Origin: Antedon mediterranea | Lineage: Eukaryota > Animalia > Echinodermata | Direction of reading: 5' to 3' | DNA length: 64,000 nucleotides | Assembly: GCF_964355755.1 (NCBI RefSeq) | Contig: NC_092677.1 | Location: forward strand, 25,407,175 to 25,471,174 | Made by a program: the position numbers and the translations under genes | Shown: in pieces, positions 36,932 to 62,100 of the stretch | Layout of the letters: every line of letters starts with the position of its first letter | Numbering within the stretch: the first letter of the stretch is position 1 | Notes under the pieces: generated by a model | What the model was told of the DNA's origin: nothing | Seen by the model: the letters and a program-made list of their open reading frames with translations, nothing else | The model's database searches: none

Positions 36932-37471
36932 CTAGCAGCTATGGCATATAACAAGCTGACGTCGTCGCTAGAACACAAAACGATGTCTATAGACGTGAAA
37001 TCCCGTTTGTTTGACGCATACATAACAAGTATTTTCTTATATAACAGTGAACTCTGGGTATGTACTAAACAAAAAATTACAAGAGAGTATAGATATATAT
37101 CACAGGAAAATGTTGCGAAAGATGATAAATATTAAATTAACAGATAGAGTGTGTAACACAAAAATATACGAGATAACAAAACAAGAAGAATGGAGTAAAA
37201 GAATTAAACGAAGGAGACTAAAATGGTATGGACACATAATTAGATTACCGGATGATACCCCAATCAAACAAACAATCAAGGAACAGGAAAGTAAAACGAC
37301 CCGTAGGAAGACCAAGAAATAACTGGATGAACCAAATAAAGAAAGAAAGACTTACACTAGTAGACACTAACACAATAACAAACCATCCTGCCATAAACAG
37401 ACAAACATGGAAACAAATTGTGGAAAGCGTAATGTCGAAAAACGGAAAACTTTAACAACAACAACAAAAAA
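36932..37471 (+). mobile_element. 5'-truncated, frameshifted RTE-clade LINE
   Basis: FLYNSELW, RKMLRKMINIKLTDRVCN, IKRRRLKWYGHIIRL, KRPVGRPRNNW; (ACA)n tail; 10-bp TSD ATTCTGTACA at 36922-36931 and 37472-37481. Confidence 0.85.
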
Positions 37472-37726
37472 ATTCTGTACAAACTCAATTCTTTTTCTTT
37501 TTTTCTTAGATTTTAGCTTCTTTGTTTGCTATGGATATATTATGTAATCATGTAATTTCGAAATAAAAAGATGAATGAATAGATTTCAAATTAATATAAA
37601 GCAATATAAAATGTTCTAGTGTTGACATGCATTTTGGTTGCAGGAATAATATTAATATCTAAATGTTTTCAATATGGTAATGATCTTCGTTTCTGTTGTA
37701 ATCCAAGTGTCAAGTTACAGATTACA

Positions 37727-38135
37727 ATCAAACGTCTTTAATTTAAAATCACGTATCACAGATATAATTTAAAACCAAGTATTTCTTTAACAGTGTTTAG
37801 TAAAATCTCTTGGCCTTGTGGTGTTGACATCCGATGAGTCCCAGACTTCACCAATGTCACCTGTACATCCACACTCTGAATCTTTCTTGCAAGCTCAAGA
37901 GCTGAGCTCAAACGTCTTTACTTTAAATTAAAAACCTCTGTCGTATTACAGATATGATTTCAAACGAAGAATTTCTTTAACAGTGTTTAGTAAAATCTCT
38001 AGGCCTTGTGGTGCTGACATCCGATGAGTCCCAGACTTCACCAATGTCACCTGTACATCCACACTCTGAATCCTTCTTGCAAGCTCAAGAGCTGAGCTCA
38101 AACGTCTTTACTTTAAATTAAAAACCTCTGTCGTA
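37727..38135 (-). repeat. Two extra tandem copies (~180-190 bp) of the ABHD10 C-terminal coding segment and stop
   Basis: AACGTCTTTA recurs at 37731, 37911 and 38101; each unit repeats the LELARKIQSV...EILG.KxYL-stop coding sequence. Confidence 0.9.
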
Positions 38136-40988
38136 TTACAGATATGATTTCAAACCAAGAATTTCTTTAACAGTGTTTAGTAAAATCTCTAGGCCTTGTG
38201 GTGTTGACATCCGATGAGTCCCAGACTTCACCAATGTCACCTGTACATCCACACTCTGAATCTTTCTTGCAAGCTCAAGAGCTGAATGGTAGTTTACGAC
38301 ATCATCTTCCATTCCGTGGATCAGTCGTATCGGACAGTTTATTGCTAATGAACTTTGGGAAAATAATTCCCGATTGTGTTTGCCAATAAAAGTTGCCATG
38401 TCGAATACCGAATTCCTATTTTTTGCAGTTTCCTGTGTTTAACAAATCATAAAAACTGCTTTAAATAAATTAATATAGAAGTTTAATAATGGCTGAATTG
38501 GGAAATCAAAGACACACAGACTGCACTATGTGAAATAACTCAACAAACATTTTTAAAATTTATCACTTTAGTATTATTAATTAAACAAAAAGAAAAAAAT
38601 GTACCGGATTCCTTGTATCTGTTGTTGAAGAAGTATTTTCAAAATTTGGTGTGGATATGCCAATTAGGCTATGTATTCGTTCTGGTCTTTCTAATGCCAA
38701 CAATAGCATTATTACACCACCCATACTAGATCCAACTAATACCTAGAAAAAAAACCCAAAAAAGTTGTTTTAATAGTGTATTATTGTAATTCAACCATAC
38801 CATTTATGGTGTAAAACAATAGCCAAGCATAAAAAAAGTTGAATACAATTTAAAATTGTTATTCCAAAAAACACTTGTCTCTTCATAGGGCATCCCGACA
38901 ACCGGTTTACATCGTGAGAGGACACTCGAAAGTGACACTACATGCTTCTCCTTTTTGCCGTTCTGTCGGCTAAATGTCCTGTCAATGAAATGGCGTTCGG
39001 CAAAATGTCTTACTACCCCTTGTTGTAGGGTCTATCTGTGTACTGTAGTCTATCTACTGTATACTACCCCATCCAACTCGCCACACCACTAAGGACTTGT
39101 CGGTTTCTCATACGCTTGCCTGGATAGTAGGTAGGCCTACTGCAGTAACTGCAGTATTTTTCTTACTTGAGGTCCAGTGGTGAGGTTATCCAAAACTGCC
39201 AATGCATCATTTTTCCAGATATCAAAGGGATAGTTGTTCAGATCTATTTCACCCTTTGATTCGCCACACCCTTGATAGTCAAATCTATAATGAAAAGAAA
39301 ACTTTCAATTTTAAATATTGTCATAAAAAAATATTGTATGTTATGTACTGTACAGACTTATTTTAATTAAATTTAAAAATAATAGTTACAGTAATAATTG
39401 ATTTGGTTACTATATAGGCCTACTAATAAATAATATTATTTACTAATAACCAGGAGACAGAACTGAGATTCTTATATAGGTCTACTCATCATATTTTTAA
39501 AGTAAAAACAGAAAAGAGTAATAAAAATAGACTGGGCCTATTAATATTAAATTAAGTATTTATACTGTAGTAATACAAACATGTAACTTAACTACAGATG
39601 ATATTACTAGACATATAGGCCTAGTAAATCATTATTATTAATTAATATACATATTAATAATAATTAGCTCTGCTAACTTTTCTGGCTGTTTACTTTATCG
39701 TTTTGATTTAGCTTTTCGCTTTTTATTTTTGTATCTCCATTGAGATCCAGCCACTGATACCCACAGCATTGTCATTTTTAGTCGCGTGGAAGCGACTCTA
39801 TAGTTCACTATGTCGGTCGGTCGGTCTGTCTGTCTGTCTGTCGGTCTGTCTGTCTGTCGGTCCGGTATCACTATGCGTTTTTATCGCTTTATGACCTTAT
39901 CTTGATATCAGTTTAATCTAGCTAAATCAATTTTTCACAGAATATTCCTTATGGCCAGGAATCGATGTGGTTATGATTTCACGGTGCGCAATAAAAAATT
40001 ACGCGGTCTACGCACGATTTAACGAAATCACGTTTGTAATCATATCTTAACAACCATGAATCACAATTAAATAAAATTTGGTACTCATAAATTTCAGGGC
40101 ATAAATCATCATATGGCAATACAATTACGTGCGTAGCGCATGTAACGCATGCGTACGCGCGCCTAAAATTTTCAAAATTTATTTTCAATGAAATAAGAGT
40201 ACGTTTCAGGCAATTTTAAGCGTTTACAAAATTGCCATGAGTGCGCAGATTTTTGCGCGCGCACTGCGCGTTAAATGTTATTGCGCACTCTTTTTGCCCG
40301 ATTTCTGTTTTCTTTACTTACTTTTCAACTCGAAATTACGTTATACGAGCACGTCAAAAGTGACAGGCTACGCACGTGTAAATTAAAAAAATATAAATGT
40401 TTTTAAACATTTCAACATTTTTAAACATGTTCAGTAATTTCGGTCAGTATAGTTCACTATGTCGGTCGGTCCGTCTGTCTGTCGGTCTGTCTGTCTGTCG
40501 GTCTGTTTGTCTGTCGGTCCGGTATCACTATGCATTGTAGCACGCGACTTAATGGCTGTTGGCCTTATTTTCAGTAATTTGCCTTTGGACATATTAATAA
40601 TAATATATATTTATAATTATTAAATTCACCTAATAAATTCATAGCGTGATTTTTTACAAAAATGTTCAAGGGTCAATGCCTTTTCACCATTCATATTAGA
40701 CATAAAGCCAGGAAGAAACATAAATCCTCTTCTTGTTCCGTTGTGTTGATTGTGATCATTAAGCCTACTCGCTGTTGTTGTTGTTGTTGGTTGAGAGTCT
40801 TTATTTTTGGTTGACTCACATTCCACTTGTATCTGTCTGTAAGCCAATAAATTACCATTTCCTCTATCCAAAAAATCAACACTACTCATCATGCGGTGAT
40901 TCATACGAAAACAGTTTTTTAAAATTGATATAACACTAGTTTTTTTCCGAACTAAATTTGAACTTACTAAACCTATGGGCGCAGACAT
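38136..40988 (-). CDS. ABHD10: Alpha/beta hydrolase ABHD10 (mitochondrial depalmitoylase/acyl-glucuronide esterase-like), exons 40988-40630, 39284-39167, 38742-38605, 38432-38136
   Basis: FLPGFMSNMNGEKA, RFDYQGCGES, VLVGSSMGG (nucleophile), PIRLIHGMEDDVV, SGTHRMS; about 303 aa in frame. Confidence 0.9.
39779..40567 (+). mobile_element. Non-autonomous Helentron/DINE-like element in ABHD10 intron 1
   Basis: TTTT-AGTCGCGTG 5' subTIR, (GTCT/GTCG)n, internal duplication of the 5' block at ~40448-40533, 3' subTIR CACGCGACT, short hairpin GGCTGTTGGCC, TTTT; no TSD. Confidence 0.8.
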
Positions 40989-41282
40989 ATTGAAATAATC
41001 CCAGAATGCAATTCACTTGAGCTGTTGAGTTTATTATTTATTTTTATTTGCTGGGCACATACGAAAACAAACTTAATACAAATATATACTATTTTTAAGT
41101 AGAAATTATTGTAACTAACCACCATTTTAAATGTTATTATTATTAATGTGAATTTTAATTTCCTCATTAAAAATCAAGAGTGTTGCCTCTCTGTACAGGC
41201 GCTTTGTGGTTATCATTCAACTGAATTGAAATTCGTGAATTCGGCGTTGCAGATTTTGTAGGTCGTCAATATTTTATCTAAA
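40989..41282. promoter_or_regulatory. Putative bidirectional promoter of ABHD10 and KAT7
   Basis: Only ~294 bp separate the divergent start codons. Confidence 0.6.
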
Positions 41283-53377
<12,095 letters not shown>

Positions 53378-54653
53378 ACATCGGTTGTATAAGGGTTTAT
53401 TTGGTGAAGGTCAAAGTTCAAAATGGATCCAACAGTGGTGCGGGTGTTAAGAACCCGAAAAGTACATTGTGTGGGATTCCATTAAATATTTGTTATCTTT
53501 GAAAACACTGAGACACATTGCAACGGTGCTTTTTTAAATGATAATTATTCACAAATGTGATCAGTATTGTACGTTTTATATGCTAATAATGGTATTACAT
53601 CATTCCATGGTATTTGGATGATGGAGGGGGTGGGGGGGGGGGTATTGTCAGGGTCATTAGGGATTATTTTAGACATGGCATTAGTCCATCTATGTTCCCT
53701 CCTAAAGCTCTGTCTACACTATCAAACCTTATATGACAAAAAATGTGATGTGCCCATATATGGACATGATGATGTCATATCAATACCATATTTAAGCATA
53801 TCACTACCATATTTGGCCACATCACACTTTTTTTGATAGTTTACACTGAGCTTAAGCCCTATTTGTATTTTGAAGGAAGGGATACCTTTTGAGATTGTTT
53901 CTGTAGTAACCCTGTGTATTAATAGAACTGTAAAAACCAAACTTCATTTTATTAAATATTTAAAACTTGTAGAATATGTAAATAGGACAAAATGATGTAA
54001 ATGCTTAATAAATAAATGGTAGATGTGTGACCAAATATTTTTACTGAATTTGACAATTTTTAGTAGGATTTACGATTACGTTTTTAAGCACGCAATTTAG
54101 GCCATAATTGGTATTTCGAAATGAATATGGTTTCTTGGTGGGTTATTGGATAAGAATATTGTAAATTTCGTTTGAGAATCGTCAGATGAGTTATTTTTCA
54201 GTTGCAAAAGCATTATCTGGAGATACACGCCAATTTACATAAGCTCTGTCTACACTATCACATTTTATGTGACAAAAAAAATGTCATATAGACATGCTGA
54301 TGTCATATCACTACCATATTTGGGCACATCACACTTTTTGTCGAACTAGTTTGATAGTGCAGACAGAGCCTTAGCTATCACAATGCTGATTACTTAGTAA
54401 GCATGTTCAGATATTTCTATAGCAAATGACTGGCCTGGCTTTTGTTAATTTTTTCATTTGTTTTAAATAATGCTTTTCATGTTGGACGTGTTAAATGTGT
54501 GAACTGTTCTATTGTCTTGTACAGTATTTATTTGTTAAGTTTGCTATTAAAAATCTATTGTATGCCACAGGTAATGTTAACACTTGTGGAAACTCTGGAA
54601 TTCTGCGTTTTCAGTCATTGAAACCGTGGAAAAAATTAACATAACATTTCTTA

Positions 54654-54792
54654 GCTCTGTCTACACTATCAAACTAGTTTGACAAAATAAATTTCATGTG
54701 CCCAAATATGGTAGTGATATGACATCATCATGCTTATATATAAGTAAATCATATTTTGTTGTCACATAAAGTTTGATAGTGTAGACAGAGCT
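54654..54792. mobile_element. MITE family A full copy
   Basis: 23-bp TIR AGCTCTGTCTACACTATCAAACT at both ends. Confidence 0.85.
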
Positions 54793-56179
54793 TAACACTT
54801 TCCAAATCATTATTATTTGTGAAGACCGATCAGTTTTTCCTATTAATTTTTGTAACGTTTTTATAAACGCCTATTCTAATACTATACAGTATTTCAAATA
54901 CAAGCCAATAAGATTATCCTGTTATAGTGTTATGTACAATGAATCGCAATGTAGTCAAATTCTGAAACTGTCAGAGATACCTGTATATAAAGAATAAAAA
55001 CGTATCGTAAACGTGTTGTTGGTTTATTTATATTATTCTTTTTAAAGTAAGACACATAAAATCCTCCTCACTGTCAAAGAGGATGAAAATAGTTAAACAA
55101 TTATCGTTTGAAAAGTATCAACAACGACGATTTACGCAGAATGGATAAAACATGGACCTATAAATTAGATATATATATAGGTCCATGGATAAAACATCAT
55201 TAGACCTACTTTTTTCAATTTTTTAAATTATTTTTGTATAATCTATTATTAATCATTGAGTACTATTTATGCTGATATTCGGTATAAATTTTATATTTAT
55301 ATATTTATATATAATATTTAAATTTTTTATATGACGTATGGTACTCTCCATTATATAAGTAGGCCTATATTAATATTTCTTGGCCACTAACCATCTTGAA
55401 TAAACGCGGGAATATATGAGAAATATTATTGGAAGAAGCAGATTATTTATAATATTATATCAAATAATAAGGTAGGCCTACAGTAATATGAAATTATTAT
55501 GACCATCAAATCACAACCAAAGCTGAAACCCAAAATGTCATTTCCATTGAATTGAAACATTTCTTGTTTTTTAAATATGTGTAGTTGTTATATAGATTCT
55601 CCCCGCCCGCGCCCTAATTAAATCTAAAACCACATCCAAGATTAAAAAAAAGACTGACTCATGCTTTTATACTTTTATTCTTACAAGCATTTTGATTTAA
55701 ATGAATCCTTTGTTAAACCCCGTCTTCGTTAAAATAAGTATAAATGTAGAGATATTAATTTGATTAATAACCTCTTATGTCAAATTGGACTCAAGTTTAA
55801 TTCGGACTCTGTACTGATTGCTCTTTGCTCTCTCTATTTATTTGTGAGGTTGAACGTATATTAATTAATTGAATACAACGTTGAATCTAAGAAAAAAAGA
55901 AGCAAAAACCAGAAAACTATAATAGATAATAATATAATAAGTTTATTATTGAATTAGTAAGCCTATTTGGAACTGCTCTGCTCCGGATTCCAATCTTTTT
56001 GATTGTATCATTATTATGTATAGTGCCCTCTATTGATCTCAACAGGTCATCATGTACGGTAATGCACAGAAAATGGCGTCAAATCCTTCATCATGTACTT
56101 TATAAAATTGATAAGCAAGTGTCAGAAGTATCATAATATTTGTTTTTCCGTATAAATATGATAATGATTATTATGCAAC

Positions 56180-59100
56180 ATGGAGTCTAATGAAATTGAA
56201 AATCATCAGGAAAATGAAGTATGTGGCAGTAGGCCAAGCGAACAGCCTGAAAACGGTAAGTTTTTAGCCAATTGGTTGGCCCAATTCCGCGATGTTGCCA
56301 AGAAAACTGTTCTTGTTGCAGCTTTCTCAACGTACGCCCTGAACAAAAGCTGTTTTGTCCCTGGCTTTCAAATGATGCTAGGCCTAGGTCCCGCAATACC
56401 CTGATCCCCCAACTAGTGTTAATGGAAGAATAGCTGTTATATAAATAAAATTGACAGTTCATATTTTGTATACGATATTATCAAATTATAACTTTTTCTT
56501 TGTTAATTTGTTATTGTTGTGATCGATTGATTTTACGAATTTGGTTTTGTGTGTGGTGTTTTGTTTTTTTGGCTATCTTTTGTTTTTTAATAAAGTAAAT
56601 AAGCCAATTTTGTGTTTGTAAATTACCTTTTGTTTTTCAGTTTTTCATTATCATTCACCAAAACTAATAATATATTATTGTCCAACTGACAGACAGTTTT
56701 ATTAATGTGTAATTAAAAAAAGATTGAGTTTTTTCTCAAACAAATTGAATAAAAACCTCAATATTTCGCTCGGAGATCTTAGACTTTGAATAATAGGTCT
56801 TCATACAGCAATATAGGAATACATACATGGACAAAATAGCTTAGGTTTAATTTAGAGTCGTTTGTTCCTCTCTGCGTACAATATCCGTATGATTATGAAT
56901 ACAATTTTAAAGAATGTCTTCTGAGCATAGAATAGAATATTACAGAATATTATTATTATCAAATGGGTGTAAATATTTAAGCATGCCAACAATGACTTAG
57001 TTACATAACAGGATATAAGAAACTTAAGTATGTTGCTTGGTATTTATGATAAGATGTCTTTTTTCAATAGCTTAGTGTACATTAAAATTAAAGCTAGTCA
57101 TTTCAAGCAGTTAAATTCTCCTCAAAAACAGTACAAATTTACTGTACGATAATATCCAGTGAAGGATCCAGGATTTTGAAATAGGGGGCTCAGGGAGGAC
57201 ACATGGTGAAATAAAGTGCTGAATTTGATGCCCTATCTTTTGCATTATATTTTGTTCCTTGTCTCTCCCCCCTCCCCCTGGAAAAAAATTTAAATAAGCT
57301 ATCTGATTGGACATTGTGTAAAATACTGATGATCATCCCCCAACAGATACCATGAAAAGGTGGTCATGCTACGGCTTTAAATTAAAAACTGTTAAATTAC
57401 ATATTTTACTTAGAAGAAGATGACCGAAAATGAATGATTTTCCTCAGCTGTATAATTAAAAAGATAAGAATTAAACTGATAGATATTTTATGTCAATGTT
57501 TAACAGGATCCGTACACCTGTCATGCGTTAAACAAACAGTGTTATCTGAACTCCCTTATCAATTATTATTATTATTATGTCGTCATATATCGTAACATTG
57601 AATCCTTGTTATTAAAAAGTTCAAAAATTCAAATTTAACAATATTTTTCTTTAAATTCACAGTTGAAATCACAACAACTTTGCTAAAAGGAGATTTTCTT
57701 CTGCCAATCGAAAAGTAAGTGTAACCTTAAATTTTATTCTGTATAGTAATTATTATTATTATTATTATTATTAATGAATTAATAAAAACACACCCTCTTG
57801 AACCATGAAGTAATAATTTAATAACAATAATAGCTGATTCTTAAATAGCACATTGTAAGCAAGCTCTCAATGCGCTGTACATTAAACCGATCATTTTTTA
57901 GATCAAAGACGTATGGAAACGTACTCCCATAATAATGCAGGTAGTATTAGTAATCAATGCAAAGTTGTGTCTTGATTTAACCCGGTACCCATTTATACCC
58001 CTGGGTGGAGAGAGGCAGATGTAAGTAAAGTGTATTGCCTAAGGATAAAAACAATGCAATGGGAGTTGGATTCGAGCCTCAACCTCGCGATCAGTAATCC
58101 AATGCGGAACACACTGCATCACATGCCCTTCCATAGTAATACTATTATTTTTTTTTTTTCAGTATAAATTCTGGTAATGAGGCTGAGCGCAAACGTCGCG
58201 TTCACAATGAAGTGGAACAGCGACGCAAGTGTAAAATTAACAGCGGTATTGATAAGCTTGGGCACGTTATACCAGCTTGTATTCAAGAAAAAAAGGTTAT
58301 TATCCGATTTTATTATTTATTTTAATATACAAAAATTCAAATACCGTAATGTTTTACTCTTGTGTGTTTACTGTAAATCTTTTTATTTTAGTTCATTTCA
58401 TAGACATTTATTGCTGTTAATTAATGGTGCATAGAAAATAACAATAACGAAATAAATCAAGAAAAACAATACTATCATACAAGAAGAAAAAATATAATGA
58501 TATAGAGTATCACGGTGCTGACGTCACGACAGTAGATGGCGCTGCGTGGTTGCTAGCGCAACCAAAAATGCGTTCAGAGTGAGTGAGTGACTCCAAAGTC
58601 ACCAATGGTTTGGAATAGGCTTATTGAAGTAGTCATTTTAAAACTTAATAATTCTCAATAAAGACAAACAAGAATTTAAAAAAATCACTAAATATTTGTT
58701 TTAATAATCTATTTATTCTTCAACTACAGTTTAAGTTAAAAACAATCAAGCTAAGATACATAATTTGATAGAAATACATATCTTTACTGTTTATCAACAT
58801 AGTAGCGCTGAACGCATTTTTTTGTTGGCTAGCAACCATGCAGCGCCCTCTATCGTTGTGACGTCACACCGTGATACTCTATAAGAAAAAGATATTGTCC
58901 CCTGAAAAAAAAAATTACTATTTGTTGAATATGCCATTTAAGTGCCACATACTATTTATTTAGTCACGATGACCAAAAATTGGATTGAAGAATAAAATTA
59001 TTTACCTAAAAAAATATATTTAGAGCAACAATTTAGGCAAATTGGCTGCCAGTCAATAGTGGTTTTTCATGTTTTAGATAGAGCCTACATAAAATAAAAT

Positions 59101-62100
59101 AGTTAATTTATTATGTGGTATTATGATGATGTATGATTATTTATATGGTTTTTGTTTTTATTTAGAGTAAAACCCAAATACTTGAGCTGGCTTTGGATTA
59201 TATTGCTGAATTGAAAGAAAAATATAATGGTGTGATTATAGAGGGAGCTGATAAAGCTAGAGGTAAGGAGTTAACATTCATTCCGAATTTGTAATTGTAA
59301 CTTCGCAGCTCTGGGATCATCTTATATATATAGTCATCTTAAAGGCCAGGTGCAGGCAAAACATTTATATTGATCATACATTCCAATAATCATCGATCTA
59401 TAGTTTCCCCTATGTTTCATAATTTTTGGGATTTTATTTGTGTTACACGAGCTTGTTGAAAATAATCACTTTCTTATCAGTGGGGGGATAGTTCAAATTA
59501 CACAGTAAAATCTCTATTCTTTTGTACACAAATTTTGTAAATAGAGAGGCATTTTAAAAAGCTATGAAAACTAAACAGTGTGGTAAAAAATGTTATCAGA
59601 TGACTAAATATAGGTAATATAACTTGAATATTACATTTCTGGTATTTTTATTCAACTTCAGATTTTTATTTTCATGCTATGGCAAAAATTATCCACTGTA
59701 TATCCACCATCTTTTTTCACCTTCTAGGGAGTCACCAGCCATTAGGTTAACTACCTAACTACTGAAAAAAAGTCTTTCTGGTTTTTATGGAAGAATTTTG
59801 CCAAATTTTGTATTTGACCATATTAAGGGAAATTCATGTTTTTTTGTCTTGATTTCTGTTACAAATATTTGATTTATGTACAATTAACCAAAAATGTTAT
59901 TAAAAATTCATGCCTGTACCTGAGCTTTAAAGCACAAAGCTATTGGACTGGACTATTAACAGTTTCTAAGAACTTTCACATAGCATATGAAATGACGTAA
60001 TTTCTACCTAGTTTGAGCTCTGTGGTCGTAGCGCTTTAAATAGTGACAATTTATTTTGGTTAGGAGCTATACAAAAGACAATTATTATTATCATTGCATC
60101 ATGATGATCGAATCTTAAAGTAATGATGTTCGTCTCATTATTTGGGGTTTTTTTTACGTAATCATTGCATCTCTTGGTTTTTAACTCAATATCATTTTTT
60201 GTTTTTAACAGTTGAAGAGTTGGAAAACCTAAAGAAGGAAAATAACCATTTACGAGAAGAAAACAGACGAATGTCTGCACTCATAAATAACATGAAGGTG
60301 AATTCTAACGGAATCCAGCAGATCAATTCACGGTCAAAGAAGTCGAGGAATAACCAGAAGCAGCAACTATTTGCAAAGACTATCGAACCAATGACAGACT
60401 TTTCTGCAGATATTGCTAAGTTGAACCTTGAGATGGAGCAAATCCTGTTGAATCAGGAAATCACTGTTGAACCATCAAATCCTGCCAACCAAAATGTCAC
60501 CACCCAAAACCTTCTTGATCAGCTGACACAGCCGGCTCCAACTCAAGATCTTGGGTTGATGACCACGCAGAATATTAATATTAAAGTTGTTCAGAATCAA
60601 CAGAACACTGCCAATAAAAATGCTACAAATGAGATTCTGCTGAACTCTAGCACGAACACGTCAAATGCTACAATTATGAACTCAAATTTAATTATTAAAT
60701 CTGAAGAGTCAAAAGTTAACCAAGGACAAATGTTATTGGTCAATAATCCAAAATTAGCAGCAACAGGTGGAAATCAACCAATGAGATTACAGGTTGCAAA
60801 TGTTGATTCACAACCTCCAGGAAGTCAAAGTATTCAACTTCTTCAACAACCAGGAAATCAAATTCAACTTCAAAGTGGGATTCAAAATCAAGGCATGACA
60901 GTCAGTAAACCAATTCAACAAATTCAGTTATCTGACAGTACGGATATTAAACAAACACCAACAACCTCAATTCAGTTGCCAGGAAATCAAAATATTATTC
61001 TTTCAAATCAAATCACAGATCAGTCGAAAGTGAAAAATACAATACAGAATCCACAAGCTGTAACAATACCACATAATATAAATAGAACGGTATCCCAGCC
61101 TGCTCCAGGCCAACCTGCAGCTGCTGGTAACCCGGTTATGCAACCCATGCAGCCAATGCAACCAATAAGGTTGATAGTTCCAATCATGACCACATCAACC
61201 GGTCAAGCCAGTATGACACAACAGTTAACCTTTCGTCTACCAAATGGTCAGACTCAAACCTTTCCTCTCCGGATAATCCCAGCCAGTACTGGTGCATCTT
61301 TAAATACTAGCCAAACCACCACAACAACAACCACAAATACCAGTAATCTCATGCCTCTTGCTCCTGCCCAAACACCAGTTGCTAATCCTTCAGGAATGAT
61401 CAGAATACAACCTGCCCCACCGGTAGCTTCGACAACTTTTCCAGATATAAAACCTAATGGAAAAAAGAAAAAAAGCAAAGCAAAACCTATTGCAGATATT
61501 ACTACTCCAGTTATTCAACAAACATCTACAGTCACTGCGCCTGGAAATCCAAGAGTGGTTCGTGTCCAAGCACCAATCCAAATTGGACAGAAAACGCAAT
61601 CTGGTTCGCAAAATCTCGTTTATTTACAACAGAGTGGTCAACTAATTCCGATATATCTACCTTCAAATGCCACTCCAGGACAGAATATCCAAAACATTAT
61701 CACAGGACAGTCTGGCGTTATTGCTGGTGGAATGCCGCAAGGTGGAACATCTCAAAGTGGACCGATTCAACTTACAATTCCACACCAAGGAATCCAAAAC
61801 ACTTTAAATACACAGCAGTTGAATTCTGGTCAAACCACAAGTCAGCCGCAACGATTAACAATAGTTCCTCAAGGAAAAGAAACAATCTTAAATCAAGGTA
61901 CACAATCACAGTCTCAGACTGGAAGCACGATACTACAGACAAGCGATCAGCAGGATACGCTTGCAAGCATCATGGCATCATCAGAGATTTCAGACCAAGA
62001 TTCCGGCATTGAATCACAAGATTTACAGAAGTCACAAAAACAAACAACAAATGCACCCTTGTCTCCTCTTTCGGTATTGACTGCAGAGCTTGGAATCAAT

